This document shows positions 1 to 11,956 of a stretch of DNA of 64,000 nt, piece by piece. Within the stretch, counting starts at the first letter, position 1. The number at the start of each line of letters is the position of its first letter. Below the pieces are notes generated by a model, which was given only the letters and a program-made list of their open reading frames with translations, did no database searches and was not told where the DNA came from. The position numbers were made by a program, and so were the translations under genes. This DNA comes from Sphyrna mokarran (taxonomy: Eukaryota): contig JAGIQG010000016.1 of NCBI GenBank assembly GCA_024679065.1, positions 36,146,001 to 36,210,000 on the forward strand, written 5' to 3'.

Positions 1-960
1 TTCTCCATTTAGATAATATTTTGCCTTTGTATTTTTCCTATCGAAATGGATAACTTCACACTTATCCACCTTAAACTCCATCTGCCAAATTTTGTCCCAT
101 TCACTTAACCTGTCCATATCCATTTGTAAATTTCTTATTTCATTACCGCACCTTACTACTCACCTGATTTAGTGTAGTCTGCAAGTTTTGCTATAGTGCT
201 TTCTATCCCTGTCCCCAAGTCATTGATGCAGATTTTAAATAGCTGGGGCCTGAAGACTGAACCCTCTGGCACCCCACTAGTTACACCTTTCCAACCAAAA
301 AATGATGCATTTATCCCAACTCACTGTTTTCTGTTGGTTAGCCAATCCTCTATCCAAACTAATAAATTATCTCCAATCCCATATGAACTAATCTTGCATA
401 TTAACCTTTTGTGTGGTACTTTATCAAAAGCCTTTTAGAAGTCCAGATGTATTGCATTTACAGGATCCCCATTATCAACCTTGCTTGTTACACATCAGGC
501 AAATTAAATAAAACACAACTTACCCTTCATAAAACCATGCTGGCTCTGATAGATTACATTTTGACTTTCTAATTGTCCTGTCCTTATGTCCTTAATAATG
601 AATTCTAACAATTTCTCAATAACAAATGTCAAACTAATTGGCCTATAGGTTTCTACGTTTTGCCTCCTACCCTTTTTGAATAATTAGCATTTTTCCAAAC
701 TATCAGAACCTTTCCCACGTCCAGAGAATTTTGGGATATTGTAACCAATGGATCCACTATCTCTGCTGGCACTTCCTTTAAGATCCTTGGATGTGATCCA
801 TCAGGCCAAGGGGACTTGCCTGCTTTCAATCCCAATAGATTTTCCCGAGTGGTAATAATTCTATGTTTGTCCCTTCCTATAAACTCTGCATTTTCTGTTA
901 CTGTTGGTATTAGTGATCTCCCACAGTGAAAACTGAGGCAAAGTATTGGTCTTAGCCATT
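1..960 (-). mobile_element. CR1-clade LINE ORF2 (reverse transcriptase) relic
   Basis: Minus-strand translation gives KSPWPDGSHPRILKEV, LDF*KAFDKVPHKRL, TSGVPEGSVFRPQLF, KLADYTK and WQMEFKVDKCEVIHF, canonical CR1 RT motifs with stops. Confidence 0.93.
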
Positions 961-1289
961 TCTGCTTGCCTTGATGCCTTAGTACCTTGGTGACCAGGGT
1001 AACCCAATATTTAATGAGGTAGAGAATTACAAAGAGAAGCTATATTAGTCATCATCATGGAAAAGTTTGGCAATATTATGCAGCTTCCAGACATGTTGGC
1101 CCATTTTGTTTTCCTTAAGTTAGAGTGGTGTCACCTTCCATTCTGAATTAATTTGCAATCGTGAAAGTGAGATAGCATGACCCCCTACTAACCTCTGACA
1201 CAATTTCTTTTCTTCAGATAGCCAGTTAGTAAATTAGAGTGGTCTGCTTAATAGCAACAAATGTTGTTCCCAGTAATTAGAATTATTCA

Positions 1290-1712
1290 AGTGTCAGCCT
1301 TGGTTCAATGATGGCATTCTTGAGTTAGGAGATCAAGGGTTCATAGCCTGATTCCGGATCCTTAAGCATATCACCCAGCAGACCCTTCATTTTTCAGATG
1401 AGACGTTAAACTCAATCCACATCTGCCACCTCAGGTATATGTTGAAGATTAGAAAGCACTCTATGGGGGGAAGAAATAGAAAGGGGATTTTCCTGGTGTT
1501 CTAGTTAATACTTAGCTCTCCATCAACAAACTAAAGGAAAACAGAATATCAGGTAATATTCCTCATGCTATTTGCATGACCTGGTTGTGTGCATATTGGC
1601 TGTTGCGTTTTCTTACATCACTGCGGTGACTACACTTCAAATAATACAAGTACTTCTGGAAAACATTTTGGATTGTAGTGGAGCCATGAAGTTGTTGCAT
1701 AAATGTAGACAC
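1290..1712 (+). mobile_element. Deu-domain SINE (SacSINE1/AmnSINE1-like)
   Basis: tRNA-like head, then CAGATGAGACGTTAAAC, CCTGGTGTTCT, TTGGCTGTTGCGTTT and GTGACTACACTTCAAA, matching the remembered Deu core; homologous copies elsewhere in the window. Confidence 0.82.
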
Positions 1713-1747
1713 TTTTCCCTTTTTCCTTTCCATCAAACAAGCAATAT

Positions 1748-1883
1748 GGCCGGAAGCTTACCGCTGTTCATGCCGGCTGGATTTTGCCATCTCACCGCAG
1801 TGAGCAGAGATTTGGCCAGTCGCCAAATTTTCTGACTTTGCTGCAGCGGGAGCGTGGTATGAATGGCAGGTAAGATTGTGCCC
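1748..1883. mobile_element. Short palindromic MITE (PIF/Harbinger-like)
   Basis: Imperfect terminal inverted repeats GGCCGGAAGCTTACC...GGTAAGATTGTGCCC flanked by TAT/TAT. Confidence 0.7.
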
Positions 1884-2127
1884 TATATGTGAGTCTTGTG
1901 GCCCAGTGGTTGACTCTGTCTCGAGATGTTGTTGTTTGAGAACTGATTTATATGTTGCTTAGTACATTCACTAAAACTAGGCAAATTTCAATGTAATATT
2001 AATGTGGCTCTAAATTCTGAAATTTTGTCATATGAGATGTGAACATTAATTATTAACTTAAAGGCAAATTCAGTGCAAATATGGTGACAGGATGTTCTCA
2101 CAAATTCAAACCCAAATGTCAGCTGTT

Positions 2128-2180
2128 TTACTAAATAAACTTGTTGGACTTTAACCTGGTGTTGTGAGATTTCTTACTGT
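2128..2180 (+). mobile_element. Fragment of Penelope-like terminal repeat
   Basis: AAATAAACTTGTTGGACTTTAACCTGGTGTTGTGAGATTTCTTACTGT, near-identical to the right arms at 18570-18618 and 26100-26148. Confidence 0.75.
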
Positions 2181-3292
2181 TTTCTTGAATAGCCATAATA
2201 TTCATTTAAGAATTTAAAGTTTCCCTGCTCAATCCCATTATATAGTATGTGACTTACTTTTAGTGGAGTGTGAGCCAAGAGAGCGAGTTGCTGGCTAATC
2301 AATCTTCCTTTGCCTTTTGGCTTCACACAAAATGTGCACAGGACAGTTACCCTTCACTACAGTAACCCTGCGGGTTACTGTGAAGAGAGGGTCAAATACC
2401 TTCCTTTTTTTGACCCCTCCTCATCTGACCACAACAGATTTTTTAAAACAAGGATATGCTTGCCAATTCACTGAGTATTTAACTGATTGCAAGCTATAGT
2501 TACTGAACTTTTTTTGAAAAGAAAAGAGGATAGTTTTTATTCCACTTAACCTAGTCTAAGGAAAATAATAAAAATGCTCCAATTTTTTCATTCTCTCTCA
2601 CACACATGAAAGTCACCCACACACAGAAATAGATCACAGAGTGGGAGGATAGATTAAGCAATTTAAAATCCAGCAAATTTAAAAGATACTTGGTTCTTGA
2701 AGGTTGGCAACTTGGCTGGCTTAAGGCTGAACCTGGTTGTATTCTTGGGTCAGCTTTGAAGATTTAGATGGAAGAGAGCATCTACGGAATTGAGTTCTTT
2801 TTAAAAATCTCTGCCTGCAACTCATGGAATGTCAAAAAGCAACAGACAAGGTTCAATTCTTGCAAGTTGGTTGGAAAGAGAGATTCTCAGAGGATCGGTG
2901 CTTCTTTAACAGCACATGTTTGTGCTGGCCAGCAGAGAAAAACAGGTGTTTAAACACACAAAAGGGTCACATGATTCTTCTTGTTCAACTGCACAGAGAC
3001 TCAAATAGTGTATTCTACTTGTAACTTGATGAGATTCTGGCTTGGCCTCTCAATCAAAGTTTTTTGTCTGAAAGATTGATCTAATTCTAGTCCCCCTAAT
3101 CAGATGAGCGTGGATGTAATGTGAATGGAGACATGAGACATGGTTCACATTCCTCTAAGGTAATCGTCTATGTGTTGTTGCACATGTGTAGGCTTCATTC
3201 AATGACCTTGGAATGTAGAAGGTACAGTTATGTTCCCAGCTGATACTACTGGACAAGTCAGGTTGCAGGGTGAAAACCAGCATGATAAATTC

Positions 3293-3990
3293 CAGGCAGA
3301 ATTGTACCAGAAGTGTTGTGCCCCCTGCCCCCCTGAGAGTTGGTGAGATTCCTGCTTGGAGGGTCGGTGTGATTCAGTTTGTAATTCATCCTCACTGAGC
3401 GATCTTTTCGGAGCCTGGGGAGATTCTTACAGAACTTTCCACAGTGAGGAGCTCCAGACAATCCAACACATCCTCCTTCCTTCTCACTGGCTGAAAGCAC
3501 TCCAACCCCGTCCCTCCTCCACCCACACCTGCCCTGGTACCAAGTAAGCGACACCTCTCCCTCTATGGATTTGCCAAAACACCCCACTTCCCCTCTCCAG
3601 CCTGCCATACAATGGCACTACGCAGCCATTTTCCCAAACACACATGGGCTTCAGGCCTCTGAGCCTTTCAGCACGGTCATCATGCCTGGTTTCGGGTTTT
3701 GGAAACCAGTATGATTGATGCTGAGTTCCCTCTGCGTCGAGTGTCGGAGAATCCTGTGAGCAGAGAGAATCTGGCTTCAAACCACCACAGCAGCCGAAAT
3801 TCTCCGACCTAACCTGCAGCTGGGATCCTCCAATACCACTGCAACAAATGGAGATTTGACTGAATGCCAAATTCTCTTTTCTTGCTGGCAGGGGTAGCAG
3901 AACACAGCTACAGAAGCACAGAGTTGCAGCCAGCATATTTAAATATGATACTGGGCGGGAACCAGATTACATTGGGCCATGGAGGTGGGG
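3293..3990. mobile_element. GC-rich non-autonomous DNA transposon debris (Harbinger-like)
   Basis: Starts GGCAGAATTGTACC; internal GAGATTTGACTGAATGCCAAATTCTC resembles the centre of the MITE at 1748-1883. Confidence 0.45.
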
Positions 3991-4732
3991 AGGGGTTATC
4001 CCCAACACTGAAGTGATACAAATGTGCAGCCTTCTTCAACTGTGATTTCAAGTCCTTGGAATGTGGTTTTATCCCATTTTGTTTTTTTATCCGTTAGTGG
4101 TCTCCAGTCAGTAAATTTATGAAGTCATTCTTTTTATAAAGCATGGTTTTGCAAAACTGCTGAATATCTTGGAATGGCTCTATCAGTGTGTGGGAGGTCC
4201 AAAATCCTGGACTACTACCTTTCTATGGAATAAATATAAGAAACCATTGAAACTGAGAAAGCGAGACTAACAGTGGGAAAATGTGGGGAAAGTGTCCTTT
4301 TAAATAAAAAAATCTTCTGTTGAACAAGGTAGTGTTATTTTATAAAGAAATTATATTTGTTATGTTGCATTTATTTCATCATAGGGAAGCAATGTTATTA
4401 CTACTTCTAGTATATGCTAAGAGGAAATATGAAAGCATTACAACATTTTAGAAAGTGTAATTGCACAATTAAATTTCTAGTTTGGAAAATAATTATTTTT
4501 TATATTTAAGCATGTATTTGCCAGTAGTTGTCTTATTTAAAATTGCAGAAAATGCTGTTGTAGCATAAATCTTAACAAGTCTTCCTTGTAACTTCAACAT
4601 TTCTGGACCGGTCAGTTGCAGAGTAAGAGGGCTCACCACTGATATCAAACCCATCTACCCACAAAAGTCTAGGAATCTTTTAATGTGGATTTCACCGTTC
4701 CGAACATTAGTTCCATTCTGGGGCTATTTCAT

Positions 4733-4874
4733 TGAATCCCTACAGTGCAAAAAGAGGCCATTTGGCACATTGACCCTGCACCAGCAACAATCTCTATCCA
4801 CATAACCCCACCTATCTATCTCAAAAAGCAATTGAGCTTGGCTAATCAACGTAACCCTCACATCTTTGGATTGT
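4733..4874 (-). mobile_element. HE1-like V-SINE, 3' part
   Basis: GAATCCCTACAGTGCAAAAAGAGGCCATTTGG tail and CACATCTTTGGA V-domain segment shared with other copies. Confidence 0.8.
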
Positions 4875-5441
4875 CAAGGAGATTGCTGGCCTCCAGCAAC
4901 AGTGATGTCATACAGGTAACAAACTAGGGAGTTAAAAAGTTCTGATCATCTTTAATCTTTTAATCATTTTGTAGAGAGAGTATTAAAGATTAGCATGTAT
5001 ACACAGGATTAAGTTAGGAACAAGAATATCACAAACTTGAATTTAAAAACTAAATGATCAGTGTTATTATTTTTTATTGTCATGGAGAAAATGACATTCC
5101 ACGAATGTAGAATTAAGTTTTCAGAGCCAGAGAGATTGTTCAGCAGCAATTATGTATTTAGCATAAAATCCAGTTTGACCTCATTCAACAGTGTGTCACT
5201 TTTTCAAAGGTTTTACAGCGACACTAACTTAAAATGTGAAACCTCATGCGAAACGAAGCAATTTCTAAGATTTCCATCTGTGAGGACTTCAACTCTGCAC
5301 CCTATGGAGAAACAGAGAAGCAAAGGGAGTACCTTGTGGATTTCTGTATTTCATTGTGGATATCGGGATGCCAAAAGTTGCTGTCACAGTGTAATAACAA
5401 TGACAGCCACAGTTTGGCTGACATTACAATTGCAAAATGCA

Positions 5442-6540
5442 CACATACAAGCTTATGAATTAGGAACAGGAGGAGATTGCTTGGTCCGTCAAGCTTGCTC
5501 TGCTACTCAGTAAGATCATGACTGATCCAATTGTAACCTAAACTCCACATTCCAATCTCCCCCTGATAATATTTCAACTCTCAGTTACCCTGATTACCAC
5601 GCATCCCCTCGCTAATCGAGAATTTATCCAACTCTGCGTAAAAAGATTCTGCTTCTACCACCTTTTCAGGAGTGAAAGAAAATCTATTCTTCATTTTTTA
5701 AAATTTATCTTACAAGTAGGCTTACATTAACTTACACTGCAATTAAGTTACTATGAAAATTCCCTTGTCACCACACTCCGGCACCTGATCAAGTACACTG
5801 AGGGAGAATTTAGCATAGTCAATGCAACTAACCAGCACGTCTTTTGGACAGTGGTAGGAAACCAGTGTACGCAGAGGAAACCTATACAAACATGGGTACT
5901 ATGTGTAGACTCTGCACAGTCAGTGACCCAAGCCAGGAATTGAACCCTGGTCCCTGATGCTATGAGGTAGCAGTGCTAACCACTGTACCACCTGTCTGAA
6001 ATGGGGAACTTCTGAAAAATGTCTCCTCATACTAGACTCTTCCATAAGAGGAAACAAAACATCCTCTCCACACCCACTCTGTCAAGACCCCACAAGACAC
6101 TTGCTTTGTTAACTTTTCTTTTTTAAAAAGCTATAGGAACTTTTACTACCTTTGTTTCCAGTTAGCTTTCTTTCCCACTCTAATTTTTTCTTCCTTATCA
6201 ATCTTCTGGTCATTCTTTGCTTTTTTTTATATTCTGTCCAATCTCTGACTTGTCATCCAACTTTGTGCAATTGTACAATTTTTTTTCAATTTAATACGAT
6301 ATTTAATTTTTTTAGTTTAACCATGGATGTTTTGCCCTTTCGTTGGAATTTTTTCTTTCTCTCATTGGAGTGTGTCTATTCTATGTATTCTGAAATATTC
6401 CATCAAACGTCTGCCACTGTGCCTCTTTTAACCTATCTCTTAACCAAACTTGCCAGCTCACTTTAACTGTCTCTGCTTTTATGCTTAATTGTCCTTATTT
6501 AAGTTTATAGTACTAGTGATCAATCCACTCTTCCTTTTTG
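5442..6540 (-). mobile_element. CR1 LINE relic (3' UTR and ORF2 pieces) interrupted by a SINE
   Basis: TTAGGAACAGGAG...AAGATCATGACTGATC CR1 3' end; resumes after the SINE at 5993 (ACATCCTCTCCACACCCACTCTGTCAAGACCC). Confidence 0.7.
5698..5992 (-). mobile_element. V-SINE with alternative tail (tail B)
   Basis: tRNA-like head (reverse complement GGTACAGTGGTTAGCACTGCT...GGTTCAATTCC), V-domain, tail ACAAGTAGGCTTACATTAAC...CTGCAAT. Confidence 0.9.
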
Positions 6541-9419
6541 TTAATTTTTCTATCAATTTTAACTCATCCATAGTGACAACTTGCTATACCGATACTTGCA
6601 TTTAGAGGGTTTGCTTTTCCCTACGCAACAACCTGTTGTGAAAGAAACAACAAAGGATCAGAGTAAGAGAAGTAGAAGAATTGAAATTTTATGGAAATGA
6701 AAACTGGTAGGGAACCAATATGACCATTGGTTCTCCCCATTCCAGATCCACTCAGGTTAGAATAGGATGTTACGTGTTTGATTGTTGTAACTTATATATA
6801 ACCAACACAAAACCAACAAAAAAGACACTGTCTCTTTAAATTCACTATTGTAGCAATCAAAGTCTACATTCTCACTCCTTTGGCTATGGATGAATGCTAG
6901 CTTTTTTACAGTGTGTTGGTGTTAGTAACAAGCTACTTATTACAGAGGCAAAAGCTGAAGCCAAAATGAGAGCATGCGTGACTGGCAGCAATCAATCACC
7001 CCTTAATGGCACCCTGTTTCTGCTTTTGTCTATAATCTGAGTGCTGTGTGCAGAGCCTGCCAAAACATAGGTGCATATTTTAAACACAGCACTCTGAAAT
7101 TTTAATAGGTATCGTTCATATCAATGTTCTTTAAAGTAGCGGAACAGACTATAAACCGATTGTACACATATGTAAAAGAGGAATGTTATGCAGGGTTTCA
7201 AGTTGAAAAACTCTACCACTGGACCATCGGTTTCATAACTCCTAAAAAAAATTTTTTCACAGTGAACTATTAATATTATGAAGCCATCTTCTGCTTAAAT
7301 TCCCACCTTATGAAAAATGATTTGAGATTGGTGTAATAAGGGTTGGACAACTTTGGTGTTATTTGCTGCAAAGTCCTTTTTATTTGTGAGCTAATATTTT
7401 CTTCCTGAAACGTTTTGTTCTTCATTGCTGTAGTATTGCCAAGTATATCTCAATAACAGTCTCATTAGCCTGTGTGATTTTATTCTTGGACTTTTTGCAG
7501 GGGTTTTTGTTCATGTGTGTGTGAATCTTTGCTTGTCCCCACTCCCTGTTATAACTGAACAGCTTTGTTTAAGATAACAGATTCAACAAAAGTAATGTTA
7601 CTAGTCTGAACCAACCCAAATTGTTAACTTTCCCATAGAGATTATTGATGATGTTGCATGTTGCAATTACTGTGCCAACTGCAGCATCTGTAACTTCTGT
7701 TTGTTTTATGAGGAAAGGGTTAATGCAATAATGGGAAATGGTTGACTTTTTTCCAAAATCCGGCAGACTTTATGGTTTAAAATTGCACTGCTGTTTGTGA
7801 TTTATGAAAGAAGGCAATTCCTGTTGCAATTTGATTTTAAATGAAAAAAATTTAAAAAATATAGATTGCCTGTATTTTAAGGCGGGGCCTACATCTCACG
7901 GGCCAGTGGTTTTCTGGGTAATGTTTTATCTTAATGTCTGACTTATGTAATGCTTATCAACAGCACAAATAAATCATTTTCCTATGTTAGTGGTTCGTGG
8001 CTCAATATAGCATTGCAAGGGATCATTCAAGCAGAATAAGTTTCTCATTCTGTTAGAAGTTTGGTCTGGGTTGTCCTGCATTTAAATCTGGTGGGGGTTT
8101 TTTGGTCTCCAGTTTCTTTCATCAGTTGCACAGTCCAACTAACTGAAAATTGCATCCATTCCAAACTTAGCCAGACTTTGGGCACCAGTGTGGTTTGGTG
8201 GTTTTGTGGGATTTGAGGCAATTCAAGTGAAACTTCCCTGTTTTTGAAGAGTTAGACCATCCCTTCCTGGATCTGGTAATACTCCAAGATTTGGACTTCC
8301 GTATATCCACTCAGGAGTATTTTTCACATGTTCCATTGGCCTTCCATTGTGTACGTGTAACTAGTGTTCAGTCACGAAGTTGATGTCAAAGACCTATGTG
8401 AAACTGTTCCCTTTGAAATCCCATAAAATCCATTTGGAGTTGATTTCTCTTCCTCGACTTTTCAGTGAAGTGTGGAAGACTTCTTGCGTTTTAAAAGAGT
8501 AATTTTGTCTTGCTATTGCAGTGACACCAAGATCCACCCCGTCCATGCTGAACTCCACTAAAAAAAAACAGGACCCCTGGTGATATCTAGGCAGCTGAGT
8601 CCTACAGTGACTGCAATTCTGATACATTTAGATTTTCTCCAGGTATCCATTTAAGCGTCAACCCACATCATTTCCTTGAAAAATGAAAAAAAGATATATT
8701 TTTGATGCACATTTACCAACCTCCTATGGGTTTTCAACTGACAATCAAATGATAAAAATACCTAAGACATGTCATGTTGCACAGCGGATGGCACTTGAGC
8801 ACATACCTAATAATTGAGTATTCTTGATATTTACATACGTTCAGTGGACCAAACTGTTTTTTATTCATTATCAAGTTGCTTTCTTTTGTGCTTATTAGTG
8901 ACAGGGGTGACAGGGTGGAATAGTATAAATTGTTTTCCTATTCAATACTCCCACGTATAGATGTCGTGAAGGCATGGGGCACCATATTGGATGTTTCATA
9001 AATTACTCCCAATAAAGTATCTTATTGCCATCCCCAATGCATTGTATTGTTCACAAGTGACAGTGAAACCTATATTGAGTTCTCCTTCCTCTGAGCAAAT
9101 AGTGCAAATTGGCAGATAATCACGAGCCCTCCGATTTTGTCCTTGTCAGTGTGCTGCAAAAATATATGAGGCAGGGGCTGTAAGTCAAGTAGGACAGAAT
9201 AAAAGACAGATGTTTATCTTTCTGCAAATGTGAGTTGGTTTATGTCAAACAGAAATTAAGAGATTGGTATTAATAGATTATGCGTCTTATTCAGGGTTTT
9301 GTCCAACAAAAGTCTTGGAGAGCACTTAGAGAGCAGATGATGAAGGTTCCAGATATTCATTACAATCAAAAGCAGTTGCCAGGAAATGCTGGGATCTACA
9401 ATTGAGGACATTTTAACAA

Positions 9420-10570
9420 TGTAAATCATGTCGGCATAAGTTTTAGGAAGGAGACAAGTTTGTTGGAGATCTTCGAAAATGTAACTGGTGGGTTAGATAA
9501 ACGGGAACCAGTAGTTTGATAAGGTGCCACTCAGAAGTTTAAGTTGCAAGATAAGAGCTGATGGAGCTGGAGGTTGTATACTAGCATGGATAGAAAGTTG
9601 AACAATAGGTGAACAATAGGTAAAAATAAATAGAGTATTTTCAACTTATCAGGCCATAAGTACAAGTGCTGCAAGGATCAGTGCTAAGGCCTCAATTATT
9701 TACAATCTGTCTTAATGACTTGGCTGAAAGATAGAAAATAATGTATCTAAGTTTGCCAATTATACAAACTGGGAATGCAAGCTGTAAGGAGGACACAGAG
9801 GTTCCAAAGAGTGAGAGAAACAGGTTAAATGAGTGGACAGCAAAGTGAGTATAACTTGAGAAATGTGAGGTTATTCACTTTAGTCATAAGAATAGAAAAT
9901 TCAGAAAGTGCAGTTTGTAAATGTTGATGTCAAAGATATGCATGAGTGTATGCGTACTTGGAGTAGAGAAAGCGTACAGACACAGCAAACAATTAGTATA
10001 GTTATTGGTATTTATTTCAAGGGGTTTGAAGAAGAATAAGGAAATCTTACTACAATTGCACAGGTCTTTGAGACCACACTCGTGCACTTTTTGTAGTTTT
10101 GGTCTCTATATGGAAGTTTATACTTGCCTTGGAGGCAGTACAGCAAAGTTGCACCAGATTGGATCCTGGAATGAGAGCCTTCTCCTTTGGTAAGAGCCTG
10201 GGTGAATTGTGCAAACTTCTGACAGTCAGTTGGGGAAAGAGGGGATCTAAAGTAAATCGTTATTCACTTTTAGGTTTATTCACCAAGTGAAACATTGCAA
10301 ATGCTCAGCTCTTAATTCTACCACTCACCACCAGTGTGAACAAATGTTCTCTATATGTATTCAAGCAATCATTTAATGAAGGCCCTCCACTTGTATATCC
10401 TTAACCTTTATTAACACAGTTAACAAATTGGGCCTATACACTCTGGATTTCAGAAGAATGACAGGTGATTTCATTGAAAAATAGAAGATTCGGAAGAGGC
10501 TAGATGGGGTGGATCAACCATGATTGTTTTGAATGGCAGTGCAGGTTCGAGGAGTCAAACGGTTTACTTA
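9420..10570 (+). mobile_element. CR1 LINE ORF2 RT relic with 3' end
   Basis: FDKVP, LAWIES, VLQGSVLRPQLFTICLNDL, SKFANYT and KCEVIHF motifs; interrupted at 10210-10425. Confidence 0.9.
10210..10425 (-). mobile_element. Solo-LTR-like insertion (216 bp)
   Basis: Begins TG and ends CA, flanked by AATTG direct repeats (10205-10209, 10426-10430); removing it rejoins the CR1 sequence; AATAAA on the minus strand. Confidence 0.65.
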
Positions 10571-10762
10571 TAGAAATCATTGAAACCCTACAGTACAGAA
10601 AGGGGCCATTCAGCCCATCAAGTCTGCACCAACCATAATCCCACCCAGACTCTACTCCCATATCCCTACATCTGTATCCACTAATCCCTCTAACCTACGC
10701 ATCTCAGGACGTTAAGGGCAATTTTAGCGTGGCCAATCAACCTAACCCGTACATCTTTGGAC
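10570..10762 (-). mobile_element. HE1-like V-SINE, 3' half
   Basis: GAAACCCTACAGTACAGAAAGGGGCCATTCAGCCCATC...GGCCAATCAACCTAACCCGTACATCTTTGGAC. Confidence 0.9.
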
Positions 10763-11321
10763 TCCTGACCAGATTTTGTTTTCTCTGTTATCTTGTGTGT
10801 CATATCTAATTGAAGATGCTCAAGTATATTACGAACTAAAGAGAGCAGCTGAAACTGTTCACATCTGAATCTAACCTCATAATTTATCTATCTGAATATC
10901 AGATTATTTACAATGACACAATTTCAATTCCAGTATGTTTTACAAAGGTCCTGAATGGGAGGAAATATTTGTGGCAAATGTGTTTTTCATGAAACATGCT
11001 GACATTTATCTTCCTCCCCTTCTGCTAACATTGTCTGAATTGCTTGCATTCTTTTTATACTTTCTGTAAAATGTTTTTGACAGAATGGAACTACGTCTGC
11101 TTTTCACTGTTAAAGGTACTTCATGGATATTCATGGTCTGTAATGTTCCAATTCTTGAATGAGAAAATGCCTTAAGGTTACATTTCTGAGGAATTCTTTT
11201 TCAGTCTGATTGTGAGTAAGTCAATATGGAATTGGCAGTTTCACAATCTCATTTCAGAGCCTGTGGAGATTTGAATTCCTGTTCTAACTCAATAGTATTC
11301 ATGTTCAGAAGGTAGGTATAA

Positions 11322-11601
11322 TTTAAAATTAATTTATTAGTGTGACAAGTAGGCTCACATTAACACTGCAATGGAGTTACTGTGAAAATCCCGTGATCGC
11401 TATACTCCGGTGCCTGTTTGGGTATGCTGAGGGAGAATTTACTATGGCCAATGCACCTAACCAGCATGTCTTTCAGACTGTGGGAGGAAACTGAGCACCC
11501 CAAGGAAATCCATGGAGACGCAGGGAGAACATGTAGACTCTGCATAGTGACCGAAGTCAGGAATTGAGCCCAGGGTCTTTCGCACTGTGAAGCAGCAGTG
11601 C
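11322..11601 (-). mobile_element. V-SINE, tail B
   Basis: GTGACAAGTAGGCTCACATTAACACTGCAATG tail, V-domain GACTGTGGGAGGAAAC, tRNA-like head. Confidence 0.9.
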
Positions 11602-11840
11602 TTGTCAGCAGAGCCTTTAGGTGCATAATCTATTGGGGATTTTTCTAGTCTGAGAATCCAATATGGAGGATTCTGTTTTTGCAATGATTGAACAACAATA
11701 TTGCTTCTCAGGAAGATGTTCTAAATGACTCTGTTCCTCCCAGTATCTTTAGGAGCATAATTTAGATTAAAAGTGCTTTATCCTCAAGAGTATTCTTCCC
11801 CTTTAAAACAATGCAGCTTTGTACAGGCAATCTTTCACTG

Positions 11841-11956
11841 GTGACAATGAATTACGGTGTTCTTTCATGAACACGAAAGACCCATAACTCATGAGTGCCT
11901 GTAGTTATGAGATGGTCTTCTGCATGAATGAAAGAATGCTTGGAATTCACTGTCAC
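11841..11956. repeat. Long imperfect inverted repeat (hairpin), ~50-bp arms
   Basis: GTGACAATGAATTACGGTGTTCTTTCATG...CATAAC is mirrored by GTTATG...ATGAAAGAATGCTTGGAATTCACTGTCAC. Confidence 0.75.

Noticed and set aside
5061-5513. 150-aa ORF
   Set aside because: Starts at GTG, no recognisable domain and runs into a CR1 3' UTR.
9600-9621. Short tandem duplications (also ~47135-47175 and ~52913-52947)
   Set aside because: Ordinary slippage duplications in neutral sequence.
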